NCBI RefSeq assembly: GCF_030028105.1
Contig: NC_092377.1
Span: 99,578,865 to 99,642,864, forward strand
Direction of reading: 5' to 3'
Length of the DNA stretch: 64,000 nt
From: Mobula birostris
Taxonomy: Eukaryota
How positions within the stretch are numbered: position 1 is the stretch's first letter; each line of letters starts with the position of its first letter. The position numbers and the translations under genes were made by a program. Below are positions 1 through 12,442 of the stretch, piece after piece. The notes below the pieces were generated by a model, which worked only from the letters and a program-made list of their open reading frames with translations, was not told the DNA's origin and made no database searches.

Positions 1-1614
1 AGGCCGAGACCCTTCGTCAGGACAAACTGAAGGAAGAGTGAGTAAGGGATTTGAAAGTTGGAGGGGGAGGGGGAGATCCAAAATGATAGGAGAAGACAGG
101 AGGGTGAGGGATAGAGCCAAGAGCTGGACAGGTGATAGGCAAAAGGGGATATGAGAGGATCATGGGACAGGAGGTCCGGGAAGAAAGACGGAGGAGGGAC
201 CCAGAGGATGGGCAAGAGGTATATTCAGAGGGACAGAGGGAGAAAAAGGAGAGTGAGAGAAAGAATGTGTGCATAAAAATAAGTAACAGATGGGGTACAA
301 GGGGGAGGTGGGGCCTTAGCGGAAGTTAGAGAAGTCGATATTCATGCCATCAGGTTGGAGGCTACCCAGACGGAATATAAGGTGTTGTTCCTCCAACCTG
401 AGTGTGGCTTCATCTTTACAGTAGAGGAGGCCGTGGATAGACATGTCAGAATGGGAATGGGATGTGGAATTAAAATGTGTGGCCACTGGGAGATCCTGCT
501 TTCTCTGGCGGACAGAGTGTAGATGTTCAGCAAAGCAGTCTCCCAGTCTGCGTCGAGTCTCGCCAATATATAAAAGGCCACATCGGGAGCACCGGACGCA
601 GTATATCACCCCAGTCGACTCACAGGTGAAGTGTTGCCTCACCTGGAAGGACTGTTTGGGGCCCTGAATGGTGGTAAGGGAGGAAGTGTAAGGGCATGTG
701 TAGCACTTGTTCCGCTTACACGGATAAGTGCCAGGAGGGAGATGGGGGGGGACGAATGGACAAGGGAGTTGCATAGGGAGCGATCCCTGCAGAATGCAGA
801 GAGAGGGGGGGAGGGAAAGATGTGTTTAGTGGTGGGATCCCGTTGGAGGTGGCGGAAGTTACGGAGAATAATATGTTGGACCCGGAGGCTGGTGGGGTGG
901 TAGGTGAGGACCAGGGGAACCCCATTCCTAGTGGGGTGGTGGGAGGATGGAGTGAGAGCAGAGGTACGTGAAATGGGGGAGATGCGTTTAAGAGCAGAGT
1001 TGATAGTGGAGGAAGGGAAGCCCCTTTCATTAAAAAAGGAAGACATCTCTCTCGTCCTAGAATGAAAAGCCTCATCCTGAGAGCAGCCACACTCAGGTTG
1101 GAGGAACAACACCTTGTATTCCATCTGGGTAGCCTCCAACCTGATGGCATGAACATCAACTTCTCTAACTTCCGCTAAGGCCCCACCTCCCCCTCGTACC
1201 CCATCTGTTACTTATTTTTATGCACACATTCTTTCTCTCACTCTCCTTTTTCTCCCTCTGTCCCTCTGAATATACCTCTTGCCCATCCTCTGGGTCCCCC
1301 CCCCCACCTCCTTGTCTTTCTTCCCGGACCTCCTGTCCCATGATCCTCTCGTATCCCCTTTTGCCTATCACCTGTCCAGCTCTTGGCTCTATCCCTCACC
1401 CTCCTGTCTTCTCCTATCATTTTGGATCTCCCCCTCCCCCTCCAACTTTCAAATCCCTTACTCACTCTTCCTTCAGTTAGTCCTGTCGAAGGGTCTCGGC
1501 CTGAAACGTCGACTGCACCTCTTCCTACAGATGCTGCCTGGCCTGCTGCGTTCACCAGCAACTTTGATGTGTGTTACTTGAATTTCCAGCATCTGCAGAA
1601 TTCCTGTTGTTTGA
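1..1614. mobile_element. Penelope-like element (PLE) 3' portion with inverted terminal copy; GIY-YIG endonuclease ORF at 316-774 (-)
   Basis: The minus ORF contains VIYCVRCSRCGLLYIGETRRRLGDCFAEHL...VATHFN...EQHLIFRLGSLQPDGMN (PLE GIY-YIG). 1086-1500 is an inverted copy of about 1-410. The left end lies outside the window. Confidence 0.88.
1482..1513 (+). ncRNA. Hammerhead-ribozyme-like motif in PLE tail (core mutated to CUGUCGA)
   Basis: cctgtcgaagggtctcggcctgaaacgtcgac. The inverted partner at 1-22 reads cctgacga. Minimal hammerheads are an established PLE feature. Confidence 0.55.
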
Positions 1615-3000
1615 GTGATACAGAGAAATTTGTTTAGCCAAAGAGTAGTGAATTTGTGGAATTTGATACCACAAGCAGCTGTGGAGGCCAGCTCGTAGGA
1701 TGTATTTAAAGCTGAGATCGATAGGTTCTTGATTGGCCATTGAATCAAAGGTTATGGATTGAAGGCCAAGAAGTGGGGCTGAGGAGGGAGGAAACAAAGG
1801 ATCAGCCATGATTAAATGGCGGAGTAGACAAGAAGGGGCAAATGGCCTAATTCTGCCCTTGTGTCTCATGGTCTAACATGTCACACAGAAGGATATGTGG
1901 AGAAAGCTGTAGAGGTAGACATATTTACAATATGTAAAATACATCTGGACAGGTACATGGATAGGAAAGATCTGGAGTGCAGTGATCCAAATGAATGCAA
2001 TTGGGTATAGTTGAGTTTGGCAGCTTGGTCAGCATGGATGAGTTGGGCCAAACCGCTTAAAAACAGGAAAAAAGGGAGAGTCTTTGTCAGCTTCAAGCTT
2101 GCTCGATGACTCAATAAGAGAGAAACAATGGAGTCAATCATGGGCTCCAGGCTGTCAGGCCTCTAGGCCACACTCTCTGTTCCAAACCTCATCGAACTTC
2201 CTCACAGACACCAAAGTGCCCGATCACTCAATTGGCCCAAAAACACACCACCAAAATGTAAATCACAGGTTCCAATCACATACGGCTTCGTAGTAGAATC
2301 ATATTTGAAAATGGTAGTAAAGGAAGTAGTTTTGTGAACTGTCAGTCAGATCTCAGTGAAGCCTACTGACTCAGATGGTGTTGGATACGTGGAATGACAC
2401 AATAATATTCAAACAATATTTGGAATAGTACATAGAAGTACAGAGATGGGTTTGGGGGCCAAATGTAGGCCAATGGGACTGCCTAGATGGATATCTTGAT
2501 CAGCATAAATAGGATGGGTGCAATGGCCACCACCCCCCCCAGCACTACTATAACTACACATGCACATTGATCTGTTGTCCCTCTCTCTCCAAATTGAGTA
2601 CATCAATTAAACTGACCTCCGCATGCATTCTTTTATTTAATTGATATGTAGTTCTACAGACACAAGTACAAAGGATCTTGGCAGTTCTCATCTAGGATTC
2701 ACTAAAGGTTAACATGCAGCTTGAGTGGTTGGTAAGGAAGGCAAATGAAATGTTAGAATTCATTTCAAGAGGAGTAGAATATAAAAGCAAAGATGCAATG
2801 CCAAGACTTTTTTAGGCATTGGTCAGACGGTACTTGAAGAAATGTGTGAGCAGTTTTGGGCTACGTATCTAAAAAAGGGTACGCTGGCATAGCCTCAGAA
2901 CAGAGGAACATCCATTTAGAACAGAGGTGAGAAAGAATTTCTTCAGCTAGAGGGTGGTGAATCTGTGGAATTCAATGCCACAGGTGCCTGTGGAGGCCAA
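1615..3000 (+). mobile_element. Patchwork of degenerate CR1 LINE 3' fragments
   Basis: Remnants of FSQRVVNLWN...AVEA coding sequence and CR1 3' UTRs at about 1615-1880, 1881-2055, 2400-2530 and 2660-3000. Confidence 0.7.
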
Positions 3001-5034
3001 GTCCAGACCGCAATGTCTTTCTCTTCAGTGAGTACAGCTGAGAACTATATATTGCAGTCCATATCCTCTGGCCCACAGACAGGTTAGCCCTTTGATCCCT
3101 AATGCTGGGTGTGTACAAGCCTGTGTGCTCACTGCACAGTGTGGAGAGTTTTATAGGTCTCTGTCCTTACGGTGAAGGACAATGTTGGAAAGTTCATTGT
3201 CCGAGTGGAACATTGCTGACTGTTTCTGGACAATGCAGTGTGGTGTGTTTTCATTGATTCCTGTCAGTTCTCTATTGGGATGTAGAGGTCACACGGTGCA
3301 GTATCAGTTACCTGTCACTGTAAAAACCAAGTGTGTCCCACTGGTACACTTCTGTGGGCTTCCAAGTATTTGTGGGACATAAATAAAATGAGAAAATCAC
3401 CAAATGGAGAGAGGTAGTGAGTCCCAGATGGGAACCACACTCAGCAGAACACAAGACAACAGGAGCAGGAGTCACCCACCTGGCCCCTCACCCCTGCCCC
3501 ACCATGCAGTGTGAACCTGGCTGATCTGTCCCAGGCCTCACCTCCTCTTCTGTGCCAGTGCCACATTACCCTCTCATCTGTGATCTTTATATAATGTATC
3601 TCCTTCCTCATTAAATCTGTCCAGTGATTCAGCCTCCACACCCTCCAGGATAAAGAATTCCAAATATTCCCCATCTTCCATGAGATGTTCCTGCACATCA
3701 GCTTTAAATAACTACTCCCTGACCTTGTAACTCTGGAAACATCCCACCATCTCTCCTGTCAGCACTCCCAAGGACCTTGTGTAATTTAAGGAAGGTTTCC
3801 CCTCAATTTTCTAAACCCCAAAGAGCTTGTATCTGATTTCTTGATGTGACCTCAGCAACTCCCTGTACATCTATATCAATACTTCCCTATTTCTAATCTC
3901 CAACCACTTCCCCCCCCCATTTTAAAGACCAATGTACCATTTTCCTCTCACTTCCCAAGATTAAATTTCACCTACCATTCCTCTGCCTGATGGACCAGCT
4001 GAAGAATATCATGTTGTGTCTAACACAATCCTCCTCACTCTCTACCCCTCTGCAGATTTTCATGTCACCTGTAAACTTGCTGATCACATCACCTACTTTT
4101 AGTAGTAATCTCCACCACAACCCTCTGCCTCCCATAAACCAAGCTGATTTTAGATCCAGTTTGCCACCTCACCTTGTACCTCATGGGCATGAGCAGTTTG
4201 GACCAGACTCCCATACCTGAAAAGTTGAAGTCATCACCAAAATCTATGTAAACAATACCTCCCTCATTATCAAACTTATTTTCCACTTCTCAACATTTAG
4301 TGTGTGGGCTCCCAGAGTCAGTGAACACCACAGCAGAACCATCAAGTCTAGAATAAACAGCTGGTCCAGTGTGGCGAGTATTGGCCTGTAGTGAAAGCCT
4401 ATCAGTGAAACCTGACATCCTCCGGGGGAGGAGATCTACCGTCCTTCCTGGCCTCAGTGTGACTCCCGACGCACAGCAGTATCACTGACCCTTCTCTGCC
4501 CTCTGAAATGGGTTAGAAAGTCACTCTAGAACGTCTAGGGATTTGGGGATATTGGTGTCCCTGCTGGCGAATCCCTCACGCCGGTAAAGAATAAAACCAT
4601 TCCAGGAATGTCTGGCACAGAGTGAGGCCGTTCAGCCGTTCAGCCCGCACAGGACAATACCGTCTGTTCAGACCCATCCCTTCCGTCGGCTCACAGCCTT
4701 GTACGTTCAAACTTATAAATAACTCAATCAGATCTGAGATCTGCAGCCTCTGTTGCAAGAAAAGCAATGATTCTCAACGTCAGCTTCTTCCACTTCCACC
4801 TCCACCAGAGTTACCGGGCCCTAGGCGAGTTGTGATTGGCTGCGGCTAGGCACGATGACTGGCCCCTTAATATGTCCAAACAAAATATTAGATGAAGGTA
4901 ATAATTTTCATGCTAACCATTGACAACACTTGCTTTCCCAAATCCTTCCTTAGCATAGGATGGGAGCACTGCCAATTTAATCCAAACTGCGACCCGGTTC
5001 CACTTATTTTTGGGACTGAAACCGACAAAAAAAA

Positions 5035-5393
5035 ATGCTTGTTCTGGCGAAAGCTCCCAAGAAGGGGCCAAGAAAGCCGCGTTCAAGGGCAGCAAGAAGC
5101 GCAAGAGAGCGAAGAGGGAGACTAATGGTATCTATATCTACAAAGCGATGAAGCAGGTTCACCCCAGCACAGGCATTTCCTCCAAGGCCGTGTGCATCAT
5201 GAGCTCTACCGTTTACGATATTTCTGACCGCATCGCAGGCGAAGCTTCCCGCCTAGCCCGTTACAACAAGCCGTCGACCATCATTTCTCGGGAGATCCAG
5301 ACTGCCGTGCGCCTGTTGCTGCCCGGGGAGCTGGCCAAGCACGCCGTGTCGGAAGGGACGAAGGCGGTGACCAAGTACACCAGCTCCAAGTGA
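5035..5393 (+). pseudogene. H2B: Histone H2B, frameshifted and diverged (probable pseudogene)
   Basis: ATG at 5035 reads [12 protein letters not shown] missing base in the G-run at about 5064-5067 then shifts it out of the H2B frame (..[51 protein letters not shown]). Many substitutions fall at normally invariant sites, and the stem-loop is degenerate. Confidence 0.85.
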
Positions 5394-5422
5394 AGCTCCA
5401 CAGAGTGCTGACGAAACACAAC

Positions 5423-5438
5423 GGCTCTTTTAACGGCC
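5423..5438 (+). terminator. Degenerate histone 3' stem-loop (H2B)
   Basis: GGCTCT-TTTA-ACGGCC versus consensus GGCTCT-TTTM-AGAGCC; purine-rich gaaagaa about 16 nt downstream. Confidence 0.75.
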
Positions 5439-6304
5439 ACTCAATGTCTTGCTGAAAGAATTGCTCCAATATTTCAACAGTGAAATATAACAAATCATTT
5501 ATTGGAATCTTCAGTTTGGAAATCATTGTAATTTATGTTGTTGACAGCTTCCGGTCCATCTGTCCGGTTCAATCCCGGGATCGCTCTCCCTACCCATTGG
5601 CCGAACACCGACACTTGAACCTTTTCTCGATCAGCTTGGTTCGATTTCAGACATTCACGCACAAATTTACACAAAGAGCTTATTCTTGAGAGGGAGAATT
5701 TTGCTGTTGCGGGTTAATTGACGTTAGAGTGGTTTATTACCCGCAGTTCGGTGTTTGGTAACTGTCCTGAACCCTGTTCTGAATCAGCTGAGATTCGCAA
5801 TAGATTTACGGTCCTTTCACAAAACAACTTCACATCGCAGTCTCGACCCTGACCGCTGTTTCCGAGCCGTCCATAAGCTGATGCGTTTTAAATAATTTAA
5901 AAAAAGGCTGTCATGTTCTATGAATCAGCATTTATTCCGATCCGTAATTCAATGAGTATCTCGAAGCAGAGAACTAACTTTCGGGGCTCTGCGGATGTGG
6001 TCTATGTATTATTTCAGTTTTTAAAAAAATATTTGCACGGTTCGCCCACTTTTGCACATTGGTTGTTTGTTGGTCTTTGTGGTTTTCCATGGATTCTATT
6101 GTGTTTCTTTATTTTGTGGGTGTCTGCAAGAAGCGAACTTCAAGGTTGTATATGCTGTATAGAATTTGATAATAAATTTACTTTGAACATTAAACTTAAT
6201 AAACACTGTCAATATTATAAATGGATCAGGGTCATGTGACGGCTCCTATTCACACAGCTGTAATTATTTGCTTTCGGACTGTTCTATAGATTTATTTTCC
6301 TCTT

Positions 6305-6395
6305 GGCGGACTTTTCAAATTTCAGGATTTTCGGTTAGTTTTGGCGCTTGTCCTGTTGCCGCCCGTTCGCTGGTGATTGAGCTCTCTGATTGGCC
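6305..6395 (-). promoter_or_regulatory. CCAAT plus TTTGAA/CCGCC module 3' of H2A (shared with the H4 3' spacer)
   Basis: ccaatcagagagc ... cctgaaatttgaaaagtccgcc on minus; the second block is 21/22 identical to 54345-54366. Confidence 0.5.
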
Positions 6396-6663
6396 TTTTT
6401 CACTCGCCAATCAGATTATTACCGCCAACCAACCGCCGCCCTGTATTCACGCCGGAAGCGGCGCTAACGGTTCAAAAAAATCCTAAACTTTAGGTAAAAT
6501 GAGGCAATCTGTTAAAGTGGGCAAATAAATAGGTTTTATTTATTTCAGAGGAAGAGATGCGCTTTAGACTGAATTCAAAACGCTTGTCTACGACAGACAC
6601 TTTGAACGGAAATGCCCCGGACTCACCCAGTCGGTGCTCAGCCCTTCCACAGACAATCTGAGT

Positions 6664-6679
6664 GGCTCTGAAAAGAGCC
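6664..6679 (-). terminator. Histone 3' stem-loop (H2A copy 1)
   Basis: Perfect consensus GGCTCTTTTCAGAGCC 32 nt after the stop, followed by a ggaagggctg HDE-like element. Confidence 0.95.
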
Positions 6680-6710
6680 TTTGGGTTTTTAAATTGTCGC
6701 TTTTATCTCT

Positions 6711-7331
<621 letters not shown>

Positions 7332-7860
7332 CTATATTTATTATCAATGTATACTACATACAGCCTGAAGATTCATCTCCTTAGGATGAGCCACCAAACA
7401 AAGAAACATGATGGAACTCATTAAAAAAGATTGTCAAACACCCAATGTGCAAAAATGAACAAATCGTGCAAATTATAGAAAGTAAACAAATAATATTCAG
7501 AACTAAAGTTCATGAAAGTGAGTTCACAGTCACGAAGCCAGTCACAGCCGATACAGGATCCTGTTAGTTACAGGCCACAGCCTTGGTTCTGCACGGGAAT
7601 GAATAAACCTCACTGAGCAGCAAGCTGAACACCTTCCTGACCCCCAGCCCCAACACCCTGACATTTTCAATTTGGCCTGGTGCTTCAATCAACCAAACAC
7701 CAGCTTATTCCTGGCTCTCAGACCGGAGCCCTGCCGTCTCAGTTCAACACCAAACCACATCAAATAAAAAATAAAATTAAACAACAGACCAAAAGAAAGC
7801 AATTAGAAACCTCTCTGTGAACGTGGACTCCCTGCATGGTCAGTCACTGAATCCTGGTTA

Positions 7861-8138
7861 CCGTCGAGGAGAATATGAATTCTCTGTGAAGATAGGAGAA
7901 GATGGCGGCGCGACGCAGCTTGCGCGGCCTCTCCGGTGAATGATATCTGTAATCTGTCAAGTAGGGTGCTGTGCACAATCCTGATTTAATGGAGACAGAC
8001 GTGACAGAACGGAGGAACATCTGGAGAAACTTCTGAAATGCCTTTTTCGCTGCCGCTGTTACTATGTGATGCAGAATCTGCGGCGGGGAAGGCCCCGAAT
8101 CCTCGGCTTTGCTTGTTGCTCAGCGGCCGGGATGGGAT
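7861..8138 (+). mobile_element. Short insertion resembling a LINE/SINE 5' end (AAGATGGCGGCG)
   Basis: Absent from the matching position of the right arm (about 35750); CpG-rich; family not identified. Confidence 0.45.
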
Positions 8139-8706
8139 GTCCACAGAGACTGTGATGTGAATAATTCTACCATAACTGCCTCGGGGAATGTGTCCCTCTT
8201 TGTGAAAACGCAACACATCATGGAAGATTCACTTCACAGTCTGTGGTGGAAGCACAGAAACAGCAATATGAGAGTTAATTTATTCTGATGTAGGTTCAGG
8301 GCACCTAGGAAACAATATAGTGGAGTAACCAAGAGGCATTCCCTTCATGTCTAGAACACGAACAACAGAAAGCTTACAAAAATCCCATGCAACCTCATCC
8401 ACTGTCAATGGAAAAGTTCAATGGTATAAGTGTTTGAAGATGGAGACAAACTAATGGGGAAGAAGTGGAAGTTCCGTGTTAGTGCAGGAACACGGGAATT
8501 TTGCCTGCCCCCTTTTCAAGGATACATTCATGCCCGCTGTCCATGGAGAGGGAGCGCACGGTCGCAAAGGGTAAAGTGGGGGACTTCCGGGAGTGGTGCC
8601 CCCCCCCCGGGTATTGACTGTTTTAACCATAACAGTAGTAACCATGTCTGAGTATACTTACTGCCTTGTAAATATTGAATGTCTGTATCTTGTGTAGATA
8701 TGATGT

Positions 8707-10365
8707 TGTTACATACCTCAAGGAGATCTGTGATTTTTTTTTGTGAGAATGATGTAATGGTCTTTTGGAGATCACCTGATGTAATTTTCCTGCCATTGTG
8801 AGGTCACGTGAGGACATGTTCACCATGGGTATATAGGGGAAGACCTCAGATAATGCAGTGATATGTAGTGATTCTGTATCGGCCCTTGCAAGCATTAAGG
8901 CGGGTATAGCTAGAGGTCACCAGGATCTGCTTTATGAAATCCTGTTTGCAAATTCAAGACTGGCTAGACAAGGCAAAAATATCGCATTCATGTGGGTTCC
9001 AGCACATTCAGGTATTATGGGAAATGAGACTGCAGATAAGCTGGCAAAAGCAGCAACTAAAAAAGGATCTGTAGATGTCAATATTAAACTATCAAAATCA
9101 GAGGGGAAGAGCATAGTGTGGAGAAGGATAAATCAACAGTGGCAGCAGCATTGGGATAGAGCAATAAAAGGAAGACATTTACATTCAATTCAGAACAGAG
9201 TAGATATGGGAAGAAGTAGGGGAGTAAAGCGGAAGGAGCAAGTAATTATAAGTAGACTGAGAATTGGGCACAGCAACCTTAATGGCACTCTTGCTGTCAT
9301 AAATAAGCATCCAACAGGTTTTTGCAATCTCTGTCAGGAAACTGAAACAGTAGAGCATATCCTTATTTCATGCCAGAAATTTGCACAGGAAAGGCAACAA
9401 ATGTTACAACAATTACGCAAAATAGGACTGGTAGAGAACAGTGTTAAAAGTTTATTGGAACGTGGGGAGGGTGATCAGGGGAGGAAATGGTTGTTTAGTT
9501 ATTTAAGGGCGACGGGACTGGAAAGACGGCTTTAAAGTGAATGGAAAATGAAGGACAATAAATCCTGAAGGTGGCAGTAATGCAACAATGTGGATGCCAA
9601 CTGCTGTAAAAACTCAAAGAAGAAGAAGAAGAATGCAGTTAGTTTTTAGTTTTTAGTTTTCCAGCTAGAACATTAGTCTGTCTCCGTTTCTGTTGCATAT
9701 TTGTTTTTATGACGCGGCTTCATTTTTAAAATGGAGTGTTACGTTCTGTTGTAAGGTACAATAGTGCTGGACTGGCAATTTTTGCTAGATGTGTTGATGT
9801 ACCTTTTGCCAGTAGTATGGGAGAGTGAAGACTTTATCGAAGTACAGGACCTGAAGGAATAAGAGAAGTTGGTATCGTTCGGCAGTTTAATAAAGGATCA
9901 ACCTTACTGAGTATTCGTTGAAGAAGTAGCGACCTGCATTGAAGATAACTCTTGCCAAAAGAGTAAGGAAGTTCATGTGGAATTTGCTCTCTAGAAACTA
10001 AAGTCAGTTGTTTTAAGCCGTTTATTTCCTGCATCGTGACTCCTTTGGACAAAACCAACAGGAAAGTCTCATCTATGAAGAAATCCTTCTCCAGAGAAGT
10101 CTCTCCCAATTGAATGTATAATTCTGATGGACTTTTGAATTTACCATCTTAAGAACTGTGTTTGACTTTACCACTTTAAAAATACTTTGCCCTTTTACGC
10201 TTTAAGAACCAGTACCGAGTGACAATTGGTTAAACGGCCGCACAGCGGTTAACTTCCGGTTAAGGTTTTCGTTTGTTTTTTTTTGTTTATCCGTGTTTAA
10301 TAAATGTTTGGTTGTTTTTATATAACCTGTCTCCATTGTTATTCATTGTTGCCGGTTAAGTAACA
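8707..10365 (+). mobile_element. Solo LTR (TGTTAC...GTAACA) interrupted by a LINE
   Basis: TG..CA inverted termini; 4-bp TSD ATGT at 8703-8706 and 10366-10369; AATAAA near the 3' end. Confidence 0.8.
8860..9631 (+). mobile_element. I/Nimb-clade LINE, 5'-truncated (RNase H plus C-terminal zinc knuckle; ORF 8858-9535)
   Basis: SDSVSAL...WVPAHSGIMGNETADKLAK (RNase H); RLRIGH..C..C..ETVEHILISC; (GAA)n tail; TSD AATGCAGT at 8852-8859 and 9632-9639. Confidence 0.85.
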
Positions 10366-10576
10366 ATGTAAATAAACTTTTATAGTTTTGTAAAAAAAAC
10401 ACTAGAATTTCACAAGGACAGCTAATTGTCATCAACATAATCCTGAAACAGAAATATTGAAGCAGATGTAGAAAAGTATTTTCGAAATATTCAGACAAAT
10501 CTTTCAAGCAAATGGTGTGTGGCATCTAATAGAGTCAGTGGGTTTTCAGTTTGTTTTGTCAGCACCCTGTGGAAAT

Positions 10577-10804
10577 GCACTTGGAGCTGGTGTACATGAC
10601 CACTGCCTTTGTCCCTTCCGACATGGCGTGACTGGACAACTTCCCAAGCAGCATTAGCCACATGGCAGTTTGGATCTCCCAGGAGCTGATGGTGAACTGT
10701 TTCTTGTAATGGGCCAGGCAGGAAGCCTCACCTGTGATGTGCGTGAAAATCTCATACACGAATGTGTTCATGATGCACACGGCCTTGGAGGGGATGCTGG
10801 TGTC
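10577..10804 (-). pseudogene. H2B: 5'-truncated histone H2B relic fused to a CR1 fragment
   Basis: [75 protein letters not shown]; heavy CpG decay. Confidence 0.88.
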
Positions 10805-11930
10805 TCCAGAGTCTCAACATCCTTCCTATAATGGTGGGACCAAAACTGTATGCAAAACTTCAAATGCAGTCTATCTAGAGTTTTATAAACCGCAACATAA
10901 CTTGCTGACTATTGAACTCAGTGCCTCGAATAATAAAGGTATGCTTTCTTAACCATCCTATGATCCTGTGCAGCTACTTTCATGGAGCTATGAACTTGGA
11001 GCCCAAGATCTCTCTGCTCATCAACACTGTTCAAGGTCTTGCCTTTCACAGTATATTTTTGACCTACCAAGGTGTAACACTTCACATGTGGCCGGGTTAA
11101 ACTCCATCTGCTATTTTTCTGCCATATCTGTAACTGATCTATATCCCACTGTGTTCTTGCCCATCTTCTACACCATCCACAACAACACAAATCTTTACAT
11201 CATCTACAAAATTCCTAACCCAGCCATCTATATTTTCATCTAGGTCATTTATATACATCACAAACATCAGAGGTCCCAAAACAGATCCTTGTGGAATACC
11301 AGTAATGACAGACCTCCAGTAGAATAAGTCCCTTCAATCACTACCATCTGTCTCTACGAATCATCCAGTTGTAAATCCAAATTCACCATGAATCCCATTC
11401 ATGTTAATCTTCTGGATGACTAACCTTGTCAAACACCTTACTAAACCCATGTAGACAACAGATCTCCTGTGCCTTCATCAATCACCCTCATCACCTCATC
11501 AAAAACTCAATCAAGTTAGTAAGACACTACTTGCCCACATAAAGCCATGCTGGCTCTCCATAATTAGGCCATGATTTTCCAAATGCTCATAAATCCTATT
11601 CCAAAGAATTCTCTCCAATATCTTTCCTACCACTGACATGAGACTCACCGGTCTATAATTTCCAGGTTTATTCATGGTTCCCTTCTTGAATAATGGGACA
11701 ACTTTAGGCACTTGCCAGTCCTTCAGGATATCACCAGCGGCTAGAGAGGACATAAAGATATTGGTCAAGGCTTTAGTAATCTCTTCTCTTGCCTCCCTCA
11801 ATAATCTGGGGTATACCCGATCAGGCCATGGGGACTTATCCAGCTTAATGCTCTTTACTTTTACTTTACTTTGAAATGTGCTAGCATATCAATACACTTG
11901 CCATTGATCTCCCTATGCCCACGTCCTTCT
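10805..11930 (-). mobile_element. Degenerate CR1 RT fragment
   Basis: VVPLFKKG..KPGNYRPVSLMSVVGKILERIL..SQHGF and downstream CR1 RT motifs. Confidence 0.85.
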
Positions 11931-12442
11931 CTTGGTGCTGCACTATGTTCTATGTAACAGCCAACACTGTGCTGTAAGTACACAGAACTTCACAACAGTT
12001 GGCACCATACAATAAGGGCATAGTCCTTAACAACAGCTGACGCCATGCAGTCAGGGCACAGACCTTTAAAATGGATGACACCACACAGTGAGAGCACAGA
12101 CTGTTACCACAACCGGAACTCTACAGAAAGGGCACAGACCTTTACAACAGCCTGTACCATCCAGTAAGGGCACAGACTGTGACAACTGTCTTTGCTGTAA
12201 TGTAAGGGCACAACTTGTTTCAACAGCTGGTACCATAAAGTAAGAGCACTGATCATTACAACAGCAGCTACTGTACAATGAGGGCACAGGCTATTACGAC
12301 AGTCGGTTCCACACAGTAAGAGCACAGACCATTCGAACAGATGGTATCATTCAGGCAGAGCACTGACCATTACAACAGTTTAGTACTGGCTGTAAGTACA
12401 CACACCTTAACCACAGATGGCATCATACAGAAAAGGGACATG

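Larger units (their letters stand above)
8502..10404 (+). mobile_element. Tx1/L1-like LINE 3' end fragment (8502-8706 and 10370-10404) hosting nested insertions
   Basis: Degenerate CLPPFQGYIHAR..MERERTVAKGKVGDFREW C-terminus, AATAAA and A-rich tail, GAATTT repeat at 8496-8501 and 10405-10410; absent from the right arm. Confidence 0.6.

Noticed and set aside
3182-3382. A 66-aa ORF conserved at 44717-44926 as a possible small gene
   Set aside because: The similarity is explained by the segmental duplication. The third copy at 16.3 kb has indels and no domain is recognisable.
5010-5034. Intact 127-aa H2B starting at 5010
   Set aside because: The start is TTG. The H2B-like N-terminus begins at ATG 5035 in a different frame.
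8858-9535. Cellular RNase H gene
   Set aside because: It is a 5'-truncated LINE domain with a tail and TSD
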